From an uncultured bacterium (GTDB taxonomy: Bacteria > Chloroflexota > UBA5177 > JANWHV01): a stretch of 64,000 bases of DNA. The notes beneath the pieces are model-generated. The model was not told where the DNA came from. It did no database searches and saw nothing but the letters and a program-made list of their open reading frames with translations. The stretch covers positions 864,001 to 928,000 of the forward strand of contig CAWHAE010000010.1 in NCBI GenBank assembly GCA_963827235.1, written 5' to 3'. Numbering within the stretch: position 1 is the stretch's first letter; every line of letters starts with the position of its first letter. Below, piece by piece: positions 37,674 to 46,568 of this stretch. A program made the translations under genes and the position numbers.

Positions 37674-38567
37674 TCAATATGAGCTGGCAAGCTCCTCCGC
37701 ATACGGTGACTTCCGTACCGACTCAAAGAGCTTCTTCTTGATTTGCCGCACGCGCTCACTGGTAAGGTTATGGCTCGTAGCCACCTGCTCGAGCTTCAGC
37801 GGCGTCGAATCGTTAAGTCCAAAGAGCTGTACGAGGATCTCCTGGTCTCGGCGACTGGCCTCTTGCAGGGCCATAAAGATAGTGCCGAGGAGCTCGCGGT
37901 TCTCGCACTGGCGGGCCGGGTTCTCGTCTTCACTCCCAGCCAACGACGCGATACGCTCGTCGGCCTCGTCGCCCGTGACCGCAGTGATGCTCCATGGACT
38001 GGCCGGCTCCGCCTGCGGGGAGCCCTGGGACGTGCCCGCTTCGCCACACCCTTCGGCACGCTCGCGCCGCGCCCGCATGGTGCGCCGATGCTCATCGATG
38101 ACGCGAGACGGTATCTTCATGGGGCCGTGCGCCGTCCAGATCGCTCTGGTGATCTGCTGGGTGATCCACCACACCGCGTAGGTAGAAAACCTGAAGCCCT
38201 TCTTGCCGTCGTAGCGGCGAACGGCCTTCATCAAGCCGATGTTGCCTTCTTGGATCAGGTCCAGCAGGGTCAAACCCTGAGCTTGGTACCCTTTCGCGAC
38301 ACGCACGACGAGGCGCAGGTTGCTCTGCGTCAAGATGGTCGCGGCCTGCTCATCTTGCTCTTCAAGTATGCGCCGGCTCAGCTCGCGCTCCTGTTCGGCG
38401 GTGAGGCGAGGATATCGGGCCGCGTCGCGAAGGTAGATGCCGACCAAGTCGTGTTCGTCCAGTGCTTCACCGGTTGCCGTCTCCGGCTGACACAGATCAC
38501 TCGATTCCGAAACGTCCAAATCGCCATGACCGCCGGCATCGCTTTCCCACCCAAGGTCCATGCGCAT
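37674..38567 (-). CDS. Diverged RpoD-like sigma-70 factor
   Basis: Region 1.2 DLVGIYLRD..LTAEQEREL; region 2 NLRLVV..DLIQEGNIGLMKAV..GFRFSTYAVWWI; region 4 LEQVA..LTSERVRQI. Confidence 0.88.
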   Translation of the reverse strand: MRMDLGWESDAGGHGDLDVSESSDLCQPETATGEALDEHDLVGIYLRDAARYPRLTAEQERELSRRILEEQDEQAATILTQSNLRLVVRVAKGYQAQGLTLLDLIQEGNIGLMKAVRRYDGKKGFRFSTYAVWWITQQITRAIWTAHGPMKIPSRVIDEHRRTMRARRERAEGCGEAGTSQGSPQAEPASPWSITAVTGDEADERIASLAGSEDENPARQCENRELLGTIFMALQEASRRDQEILVQLFGLNDSTPLKLEQVATSHNLTSERVRQIKKKLFESVRKSPYAEELASSY

Positions 38568-38826
38568 CGTGCTATCCGCCCCTCGACTGCCGAGCTGCCT
38601 CGACGCCAGAGGCCACTAGTACCTCCGCATCGCTGCCCGGAGTCGCCCACCGCTACAAGCCCTGCCGCTCTTGCGTCGCCCTCCGGTTCGGTCAGGAACC
38701 ATCGACATGGAGAGCATACGATGCGAAATGCAAACTGCATATGACCCATATGGTGGGGCAAAGATAGCCCGATTCTGCCAGGAATAGGCGTGCCGCGCTG
38801 CTACCGGGCGAAGCAGCGGCGCCCGC

Positions 38827-39213
38827 CTAGCTGGCGCGGCGGCTGGCTTCCCGCACCGCCGATTGCCACGCGCCCAGCAACTGGCGGAGCAACGGCAACA
38901 CCTCGTCTATCGGCTCGACGTCCTTGTTGATGTTGGCGATCACGAGTCGCCCAAGCACGAATCCATAGATGTCGTTCAAGCGCGTGGCGATCTCCCCGCC
39001 TCGCTCGAAGTCAAGCGAGCCTTTGAGCGTTCGAACCACTTCTTGCGCCTTCATCAGGTGCTGGTGGGCAAGCGCAGGCCTGCTGCACTCGATCGCCGTC
39101 CGCCCTTGGCCGGCGTTCTTGATCGCCGCTTGGTACAGCAACACCACCAACTCGCCGGGGCTCCCAGTCTGGGTAGCCACCGTGCGATACTGCATGTACC
39201 CGCTTGTCAACAT
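38827..39213 (-). CDS. fliS: Flagellin chaperone FliS
   Basis: SPGELVVLLY, KAQ..L..SLDFERGGEIA..L..IY, LLGAW. Confidence 0.92.
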   Translation of the reverse strand: MLTSGYMQYRTVATQTGSPGELVVLLYQAAIKNAGQGRTAIECSRPALAHQHLMKAQEVVRTLKGSLDFERGGEIATRLNDIYGFVLGRLVIANINKDVEPIDEVLPLLRQLLGAWQSAVREASRRAS

Positions 39214-39319
39214 GATGACCAGCCTTTCCCATGTTGCCGCTCGACGCGAGTTCGACGGCTTCCCGCCAAAGATCTCAACGCATCCTACATGACCAAGAGC
39301 GGGCGTGACACCACGGACG

Positions 39320-39688
39320 TCACGTGGAACCGAGCTTGCTCTTCGCGGCGTCCTGGTATTGCTCAAGCTCCAACTGCATGTGTGCGATCGAGTCGGGCGG
39401 AGACGAGCTAATCACCTGGTGCGTGACGGCGTCCAATACGCGAATCTGCGACACCTGGTTGTTGGGCCCGTATACGACTTCCGTTACCATAGACTCTCTT
39501 GCCCCGAGCGAGGCAACGGCCGCCATCAGCGACGACCCGGACTCCTGCGGCGTGGTTGCCGCGGTTGAAGACTGCGCTACCTTCGCTTTGTCTGTAGTTG
39601 CTGTCCGTGTCGTGGACGAGTCCTGCTGCACGCTCGCCGCAAGCCGATTGCTCACTGCCACCTGCGTGGCTTGCCCAATGGTACTCAT
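39320..39688 (-). CDS. flaG: FlaG-like protein
   Basis: C-terminal IRVLDAVTHQVISSSPP resembles FlaG; sits between fliD block and fliS. Confidence 0.6.
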   Translation of the reverse strand: MSTIGQATQVAVSNRLAASVQQDSSTTRTATTDKAKVAQSSTAATTPQESGSSLMAAVASLGARESMVTEVVYGPNNQVSQIRVLDAVTHQVISSSPPDSIAHMQLELEQYQDAAKSKLGST

Positions 39689-39806
39689 GGCTGTCTACCT
39701 ATCCCTACAATGCTGCGACATCCCGACTGCCGGTTGAGGGTCTGTCGCGCTCCCACCTGCGCCTAAGTAGACGATCGTGAGTGAAGCCCCGCGCACAACG
39801 TGGCTC

Positions 39807-40160
39807 CTAGCCCTTCCAGCTCGCCCGGTACACTGGGACGGCAGGAGGCACGTAGTTTGCGATGCGCCGGTTCTCGGCAAGCTGCTCCAGTTGCCGGCGC
39901 ACCACCGCCATGCAGGCGACGGTGCTCTGTTGCAGCTGCGTCGTGCTTCGCTCGAGGGCATCCGCCAGCTCGCCTAGCTCAGGAGCCCACGGCTGCCGAG
40001 GCGGCAGAATCGACGCCGCGTTCCTGATTGTCTGCAGGCGAAGCTCCGAAAGGCGGTTGAGCCCAATGATGTCGCCGGCATCCAGGGCCCGTTCCTGCTG
40101 AGCGGTCAGGTCAAGAAGGCGCTCGAGCACCTCTCGCTGAGCGATCGAGGTGTCTTTCAT
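39807..40160 (-). CDS. FliT/FlgN-like flagellar chaperone, copy B
   Basis: 117 aa, about 39% identical ungapped to 37317-37670 (hand count 46/117); own sigma28 promoter and GGAGG SD. Confidence 0.6.
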   Translation of the reverse strand: MKDTSIAQREVLERLLDLTAQQERALDAGDIIGLNRLSELRLQTIRNAASILPPRQPWAPELGELADALERSTTQLQQSTVACMAVVRRQLEQLAENRRIANYVPPAVPVYRASWKG

Positions 40161-40186
40161 CGTCGTCCTCCTTCCTTTCCCCAACC

Positions 40187-40214
40187 TATTCGGCACAAAA
40201 CTCTAGATCTTTAG
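40187..40214 (-). promoter_or_regulatory. sigma28-type promoter
   Basis: CTAAAG-N14-GCCGAATA. Confidence 0.78.
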
Positions 40215-40283
40215 TGGCTCGCCGGGGCAATTTGCCAACTTGCCCTGAGCGGGCCCGGTAGCCGGCGCTCGCCGTGGCGAGCT

Positions 40284-42203
40284 CTAGCTCGATGAGCTCG
40301 AGCTAGAGCTGCTCGAGCTGGTCCAGTTGCTGAGAATTGACTGCTCGGCGGACAGATTGCTGAGCGCGGTGGACATAGCCGAGAACTCCTCCGTCAGGGT
40401 GGCACGCTTCGTGGTAAGCATCGTCTGCAGCAGCGTGACCTGGCTCTGAAGGCTAGTGATGTCCGCGTTGGTGGTCGTCTTCTCCTCGGCAAAGGGGCCG
40501 GTGACCGCGTTGTTTTCCGTTGTCAGAAACGTGTTGAGCTGGACGGCAATGCCGCTATAGCCGTTTACCGAGCTGGTGCCACTGAACAGCGACGCCACCA
40601 GGTCGGGATTGGCTGCCAGGGCAGTAGCAAACGTCGTGGTGTCGAACTCCACGGAGTTGGTCGTACCCGGCGTGCTGCCCACGGCTCCCGTGGTGATGCC
40701 GACATCCTGGAGCGACTGATATGCGCCCGAGCTGGTCACCTGACCCAGGATTGTGGTCAGCATCTGGTTGTCCAGGTTGGCAAGTGTCGGATCGCCGAAC
40801 AGGTCGCCGTAGCTTCCGCTGCTGTCCTTCGACTGCGTTGCGGTCACGTCGGTTATCACCTTGTCGAGCGCGGTGACAAACGTCTGGACGTTGTTCGTGA
40901 TGGTGGTCGTGTCCGCGCCCACCGTGACCGTGGCCGGGCTACCCGTTGCCGTCTTCGCTACCGCCGTGACCGTCAAGCCCGACACCACGTTCTTGAACGT
41001 ATTGCTGGAAGAGGTCAGCGTCGTGGACCCGTTGACGGTGATACTGGCATTCGAGCCGAGTGTCTCCGCCGAGGTCGTACCAGGATCCAGGTTCATTGCG
41101 GCCAGGAAGTTGCCGGACGTGTCCGCCAGACTGATCGCCGCCTGGCCGGTGGCGCTGTTCGATATCACCAGCTTGTCGTTCACGCTATCGTAGGAAGCCA
41201 CCACCCCGGCGCTCGAGGTGTTGATCGCGTCGATGATGTCGGTCAGGCTCTGCGTGCTGGAGTTCCAACTAATCGATGTGCCGTTGATGGTAAATGTGCC
41301 CGAGTTAGTGGAATCGCCTGAGGAATCGGTGCCGCCGGTCAGTGTGGTGGCGAGCCCGGCATTGGCCAATGTGCTGGAAGTCGACGTCTGAGTCACGGTC
41401 GACGAGCTGCTCAGACTGAGGCTGCCATCACTGCCGGTGCTGCCATTCACCGTAGACAGGTTCATCAGCGAGAGGAAATTGGACGTGTCGCCGGTCGCTC
41501 CGAAGGAGATGGTGTGTGTCGTGCTGCTGTCACCGCTGATGCTGACCGTCACCTTGTTGTTGCTCACCCCCACCGAGACCGTGGCGCTCGAGTCGTTGAT
41601 GCCGTTCCCGATTGCCGTTTGTAGGGATGAGAGTATGCCGCCGGTGCCGGTCAGAGTCTGCGACGTGGCTACGCTCACGGACTCTACCGTGCCGTCGACG
41701 ACGACGCTGAAGGTGCCGGCGGTCGGCGTAGCCGACAGGTTGAGGGCACTCAGCTCGGTGTCGGAGGCTTGCGAGTCCAGCGTCTTGCTGACACTGGCCG
41801 TGGAAGTGGCGCTCGTGGCCGTGGCCACGCTGTTGACGGCGACAGTGTAAGTCCCGGCCTTGGTCTGAGGCCCCGCGCTCGCGGTCACCTCAGAGGTATC
41901 CGACGAAGTGGCGGACTTGGCCTGCGTATTGCTCTGCAGCGTGAGCGCGAAGGTGGCGGTCTGGAGCGCAGTCATATCGCTCGCGATCGTCGCGTAGGTG
42001 CTCTGATCCGACTGGATGGCCGTGATCTTACTCTGCAGCGTGGTGACCTGCGTCGAGTCCGCGTCGATCAGCGCGTTGATCACTGTATTCGGATCGAAAG
42101 GCGTGGACGTGAGTGATTCGATGTAGCTAAGGTAGTCTATCGAGCTGCTCGAGCTACCGCTCGTGCTGCTGGTCGACGTCGTGCTTGACGTTGACACGTC
42201 CAA
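40284..42203 (-). CDS. fliD: Flagellar filament cap FliD
   Basis: FDPNTVINALI N-terminus, AGTYTVAVNSVATA, NTFKNVVSGLT, C-terminal coiled coil LTEEFSAM; directly downstream of flagellin. Confidence 0.9.
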   Translation of the reverse strand: MDVSTSSTTSTSSTSGSSSSSIDYLSYIESLTSTPFDPNTVINALIDADSTQVTTLQSKITAIQSDQSTYATIASDMTALQTATFALTLQSNTQAKSATSSDTSEVTASAGPQTKAGTYTVAVNSVATATSATSTASVSKTLDSQASDTELSALNLSATPTAGTFSVVVDGTVESVSVATSQTLTGTGGILSSLQTAIGNGINDSSATVSVGVSNNKVTVSISGDSSTTHTISFGATGDTSNFLSLMNLSTVNGSTGSDGSLSLSSSSTVTQTSTSSTLANAGLATTLTGGTDSSGDSTNSGTFTINGTSISWNSSTQSLTDIIDAINTSSAGVVASYDSVNDKLVISNSATGQAAISLADTSGNFLAAMNLDPGTTSAETLGSNASITVNGSTTLTSSSNTFKNVVSGLTVTAVAKTATGSPATVTVGADTTTITNNVQTFVTALDKVITDVTATQSKDSSGSYGDLFGDPTLANLDNQMLTTILGQVTSSGAYQSLQDVGITTGAVGSTPGTTNSVEFDTTTFATALAANPDLVASLFSGTSSVNGYSGIAVQLNTFLTTENNAVTGPFAEEKTTTNADITSLQSQVTLLQTMLTTKRATLTEEFSAMSTALSNLSAEQSILSNWTSSSSSSSSSSS

Positions 42204-42365
42204 CCTCCGGTCCCCACCACTGCGCGCGATCCGCGAGACACACGGTCTCCGGTCATTTCATACGTGCCTGACTCGTTCCCGCCACAGTATAGTCTCGCCC
42301 GCGGCACGAGCCGCAACCCTGAGCCTAGCGAGCACCCGCCGGTTCGTCGCCACCGGATGTGCTGT

Positions 42366-42439
42366 GGCCCATGCGGGTGAGAGGTCGTCTCGCCCGCATG
42401 GGCCGCGCATGAGCTCGCCGTCTCGGTGCGCTCACGCGC
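42366..42439 (-). terminator. Tandem GC-rich hairpins 3-prime of flagellin 1
   Basis: GGCCCATGCGGGTGAG/CTCGCCCGCATGGGCC and GCGCATGAGC/GCTCACGCGC; no U-tract. Confidence 0.65.
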
Positions 42440-42455
42440 GCATCAAACCGATGGA

Positions 42456-43736
42456 TTACTGGAGCAGCTTCAGGACGCTCTGCGGAGCGCTGTTGGCCTG
42501 CGCCAACATAGCCGTGGAGGACTGCTGCAGGATCTGGGCCGTGGCCAGAGCCGTGGACTCCTCCGCCATGTTGACGTTGGTGATGGCGCTGTACGCCGAG
42601 GTCATGTTCTCGGAGCCGATCTGCAGGTTGCTGATTGCCTCCGTGAGACGGTTCTGCACGGCGCCGAGCGCAGCCGACTGCGTCGAGACCTGTTGGATGG
42701 CGGCATCGATCACGCTGATCGCGCCGTTCGCCGCGGTCTGGGTCGAGATGTTCAGGGCACCGGTCGTCTCCGCGGCGGTGGTCAGGTTGCCGCCCGCGTT
42801 GTAGACGGCCGCCTGGTTGCCTGTGCCCACGGCGGAGACGCCCAGGGAGTAGGAGTCCATGGCGCTGATGCCGACTTCGAGGCTCTGGCTGGAGTTGGCG
42901 CCAACCTGCAACGTCACGCCACCGGTGGTGGTCGGTCCCTGCGTAGCGTTGGCGACCGTGAAGCTCACGGTCCCACCGACCGTCGGGTTGACGTTGTTGG
43001 TGCCGCTATCCAACGTGATGGTAAGCCCGAAGTTGGTGGCCGCAGTCGTATTGGTCAGGGTGTACGAAGCCGTGCCGTCGGCGCTGGACGTGGCCGCCGT
43101 CGACGCTGCCGTGAGATCGTACCTGGTGCCGTTGATGCTGACCGAGCCGGCGTTGGGGCCGTTGGTCAGACTGTTGATCTCCACCGAGTACGTGCCGTTG
43201 GCAAGCGCCCCGGTACTCGAGGCTACAGTCGCCGTGGTCGTGGACCCCAGACCATTGGTGGTAACGCTGGTGGCCGCGATCGTGGCGCCGGTATACGTCG
43301 TGGTCGTTCCCTGCGCGCCATCAAGCAGATTCTTGGTGTTGAACTGCGTGGTGTTGGCAATCTGCGTGATTTCCTGCGAGATCTGGTCTGCCTCGGACTG
43401 CAATGCCTGGCGGTCCGAGCTGGTGTTCGTATCGTTGGAAGACTGTACAGCCAGCTGGCGCAAGCGCTGCAACAGGCTCTGCGTGGTCTGCAGACCGCCG
43501 GTCGCGGTCTGGATCATGGAGATGCCATCCTGGGCGTTGGACTGCGCCTGGTCGAGGCCCGTGCTCTGAGCCTGCAGCTTGTTGCTGATCGCATACCCGG
43601 CCGCGTCGTCGGCAGCGCTGTTGATACGCTTGCCGCTGGAGAGACGCTGCATGGCCGTGGTGAACATGCTCTGCGCCGTGGTCAGGTTCCTCAGGGTATC
43701 CTGTGCTTCGACGTTGTTGTTGATCTTGAGGCCCAT
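42456..43736 (-). CDS. fliC: Flagellin, copy 1
   Basis: QRLSSGKRINSAADDAAG, LQRLRQLAVQ, FNTKNLLDG, LGAVQNRL, AMLAQAN..VLKLLQ. Confidence 0.97.
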   Translation of the reverse strand: MGLKINNNVEAQDTLRNLTTAQSMFTTAMQRLSSGKRINSAADDAAGYAISNKLQAQSTGLDQAQSNAQDGISMIQTATGGLQTTQSLLQRLRQLAVQSSNDTNTSSDRQALQSEADQISQEITQIANTTQFNTKNLLDGAQGTTTTYTGATIAATSVTTNGLGSTTTATVASSTGALANGTYSVEINSLTNGPNAGSVSINGTRYDLTAASTAATSSADGTASYTLTNTTAATNFGLTITLDSGTNNVNPTVGGTVSFTVANATQGPTTTGGVTLQVGANSSQSLEVGISAMDSYSLGVSAVGTGNQAAVYNAGGNLTTAAETTGALNISTQTAANGAISVIDAAIQQVSTQSAALGAVQNRLTEAISNLQIGSENMTSAYSAITNVNMAEESTALATAQILQQSSTAMLAQANSAPQSVLKLLQ

Positions 43737-43862
43737 TGCCTTCTCCCTGTCGCGAATCGCGAGTGCGTCCGAGCTCCCGCGTTGCGGTCCATCCAGCTCA
43801 GGCTCTGAAGCCGCTGCTCGGCCGTAGCTGCGCCCAGAGATCCTTCTGCTGGCCTGAATGAG

Positions 43863-43890
43863 TATTCGGCACGGGCGAGAACATCTTGAG
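43863..43890 (-). promoter_or_regulatory. sigma28-type promoter of flagellin 1
   Basis: CTCAAG-N14-GCCGAATA. Confidence 0.78.
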
Positions 43891-44368
43891 TAGCTTTCCG
43901 GAAACTAGCCGAATATTCCTAGGCACGCCGACGAATGGGCTAGGTCGCTTGCCACAACGGTGGTACAAGTCTGTATGTCCTCGCCACCTATCCATGCCGG
44001 GTCGGCGCTACGTAGCCGACGCTTGGACCGCCTATGAGCCGTACATCGTTCGGCCTCTAGGTTGCGCGAGCTCGCAGCGGGCCGCTGCCGAGCAGCAGCG
44101 TTTGTCGGCCGCTCGGTTCCACCTGTCCGCCGACCGGGGCACAGCTGCGGCGAAGCCAACGGCGGTGTGAGCCACCGCAACGGCCCTGATGGAGCATTCG
44201 GTATCTGTGGCATGGTTTTCTGCGTGCGCGAAAGCGAGTTAAAACCCGCGACTTGGCGAGGAAATGAGGCTCCCCGTGCCAAGGTGCGAGCTAGCAGATA
44301 CGTGAACTACTTGGCGGCTGCACCACGTAGCATGCAGGCAGGATGCCTACGGACGCTTCAAGGTGGAT

Positions 44369-44562
44369 ATGACGTCGCCGAAGCGCGCCGGCTCCACTAC
44401 ACCGTCGCGAAACGGGCTCTGCCCGCGCGCCGGAGGTTACAAGCATACGTACTGTTGCCTGCACAGCGGGCGGCTGTCGCGTCATCCAGTCGAGCCGCAT
44501 GGGGCATCACAAGCCCGCCCTTCGCAGGCCGGCCAGGCGCACGCCCCGCAAGGTGGGCGACG
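44369..44562 (+). pseudogene. Decayed 5-prime fragment of the SEC-C/TPR glycosyltransferase
   Basis: KRAGSTTPSRNGLCPRAGGYKHTYCCL..EPHGA aligns with KRAGPTTPSRNGLCPCGSGRKYKHCCL..EPHGA at 46575; one zinc Cys lost, rest of gene absent. Confidence 0.8.
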
Positions 44563-44581
44563 TCGCCACCAGATGCGCGAA

Positions 44582-44655
44582 GGCCCACGCGGACGAGAGG
44601 TCGTCTCGCCCGCGTGGGCCGCGCATGAGCTCGCCGTCTCGGTGCGCTCATGCGC
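44582..44655 (-). terminator. Tandem GC-rich hairpins 3-prime of flagellin 2
   Basis: Same pair as 42366-42439 with a compensatory base-pair change. Confidence 0.65.
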
Positions 44656-44671
44656 GCATCAAACCGATGGA

Positions 44672-45952
44672 TTACTGGAGCAGCTTCAGGACGCCCTGAG
44701 GAGCACTGTTGGCCTGCGCCAACATAGCCGTGGAGGACTGCTGCAGGATCTGGGCCGTGGCCAGAGCCGTGGACTCCTCTGCCATGTTGACGTCGGTGAT
44801 GGCGCTGTACGCCGAGGTCATGTTCTCGGAGCCGATCTGCAGGTTGCTGATTGCCTCCGTGAGACGGTTCTGCACGGCGCCGAGCGCAGCCGACTGCGTC
44901 GAGACCTGTTGGATGGCGGCATCGATCACGCTGATGGCACCGTTCGCCGCGGTCTGGGTCGAGATATCCAGCGCGCCGGTCGTCTCCGCGGCGGTGGTCA
45001 GGTTGCCGCCCGCGTTGTAGACGGCCGCCTGGTTGCCTGTGCCCACGGCGGAGACGCCCAGGGAGTAGGAGTCCATGGCGCTGATGCCGACTTCGAGGCT
45101 CTGGCTGGAGTTGGCGCCAACCTGCAGCGTCACGCCACCGGTCGTGACCGGACCCTGCGTGGCGTTGGCGACCGTGAAGCTCACGGTCCCACCGACCGTC
45201 GGGTTGACGTTGTTGGTGCCGCTATCCAACGTGATGGTAAGCCCGAAGTTGGTGGCCGCAGTCGCATTGGTCAGGGTGTAGGAGGCCGTGCCGTCGGTGC
45301 TGGACGTGGCCGCCGTCGACGCTGCCGTGAGATCGTACCTGGTGCCATTGATGCTGACCGAGCCGGCGTTGGCGCCGTTGGTCAGGCTGTTGATCTCCAC
45401 CGAGTAGGAGCCGTTGGCGAGCGCCCCGGTACTCGAGGCTACAGTCGCCGTGGTCGTCGCGCCGAGACCGCTGGTCGTAATGCTATTGCCGTTGATCGTA
45501 CCGCCGCTATACGTCGTGCTGGTGTCCTGCGCGCCGTCAAGCAGATTCTTGGTGTTGAACTGCGTGGTGTTGGCAATCTGCGTGATTTCCTGCGAGATCT
45601 GGTCTGCCTCGGACTGCAATGCCTGGCGGTCCGAGCTGGTGTTCGTATCGTTGGAAGACTGTACAGCCAGCTGGCGCAGGCGCTGCAACAGGCTCTGCGT
45701 GGTCTGCAGACCGCCGGTCGCGGTCTGGATCATGGAGATGCCATCCTGGGCGTTGGACTGCGCCTGGTCGAGGCCCGTGCTCTGTGACTGGAGCTTGTTG
45801 CTGATCGCATACCCGGCCGCGTCGTCGGCAGCGCTGTTGATACGCTTGCCGCTGGAGAGACGCTGCATGGCCGTGGTGAACATGCTCTGCGCCGTGGTCA
45901 GGTTCCTGAGGGTATCCTGCGCCTCGACGTTGTTGTTGATCTTGAGTCCCAT
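44672..45952 (-). CDS. fliC: Flagellin, copy 2
   Basis: 426 aa, 19 differences from copy 1 by hand alignment. Confidence 0.97.
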   Translation of the reverse strand: MGLKINNNVEAQDTLRNLTTAQSMFTTAMQRLSSGKRINSAADDAAGYAISNKLQSQSTGLDQAQSNAQDGISMIQTATGGLQTTQSLLQRLRQLAVQSSNDTNTSSDRQALQSEADQISQEITQIANTTQFNTKNLLDGAQDTSTTYSGGTINGNSITTSGLGATTTATVASSTGALANGSYSVEINSLTNGANAGSVSINGTRYDLTAASTAATSSTDGTASYTLTNATAATNFGLTITLDSGTNNVNPTVGGTVSFTVANATQGPVTTGGVTLQVGANSSQSLEVGISAMDSYSLGVSAVGTGNQAAVYNAGGNLTTAAETTGALDISTQTAANGAISVIDAAIQQVSTQSAALGAVQNRLTEAISNLQIGSENMTSAYSAITDVNMAEESTALATAQILQQSSTAMLAQANSAPQGVLKLLQ

Positions 45953-46078
45953 TGCCTTCTCCCTGTCGCGAATCGCGAGTGCTTCCGAGCTCCCGCGTTG
46001 CGGTCCATCCAGCCCTGACTCTATTGCCGCTGTTCGTCTGTAGCTGCACCCAGAGATTCTTCTGCTGGCACGAATGAG

Positions 46079-46106
46079 GTTTCGGCACGGGCGAGAACAT
46101 CTTTAG
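46079..46106 (-). promoter_or_regulatory. sigma28-type promoter of flagellin 2
   Basis: CTAAAG-N14-GCCGAAAC. Confidence 0.78.
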
Positions 46107-46568
46107 TGGCTACCCGGGAACTAGCCAAATCTTCCTATGCACGCCGACAAATGGGCTATTACTACAGTGACACCTAGCTCAGCGCCTCTGGGCACGTGTC
46201 ACCAAAGGTAGGCGTGGTGTCGGCTCTGTCCAGAGGCAGCCATGAAGCCGAATCCAGAAATGTCGCCATAGTTACTAGCGCGCGTGCCACAACTGTGGTG
46301 CGAGGCTGCCAGTGCCGGCTTCTGATCCGTGCCAACCCGGCGCTACACTGCCTACGGTTGGAGCGCCTGTGAGCCATACAAAGTTTAGCCGCCGTGTTAC
46401 TCGAGATTGCGGCCGGACGTGGCCGCAGGGCACTGTTTGCCGGTTGCTGATTCCACCCGCACGAACACTCGGGCATCGCCGCCGCGCAGTCAGCGCCGGG
46501 GCGACTCACGTGCGATGGCCCTAGCGAACAGGCAAGGCATCTCCGCAAGCTGCAAGAGGAACACGCCA

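Noticed and set aside
37674-38567. Annotating the sigma factor as fliA
   Set aside because: Has region 1.2 and an RpoD-type region 2 (FSTYA.WWI), not the FliA RIRGA..D.LR signature
39252-39279. GTTGAG-N14-GCCGTCGA upstream of fliS as a sigma28 promoter
   Set aside because: Both boxes deviate too far from the eight clear sites; left uncalled
42426-45787. Long plus-strand ORFs 42426-43808 (460 aa) and 44363-45787 (474 aa)
   Set aside because: Antisense shadows of the flagellins in high-GC DNA; only the first ~65 codons of the second are meaningful (SEC-C remnant)
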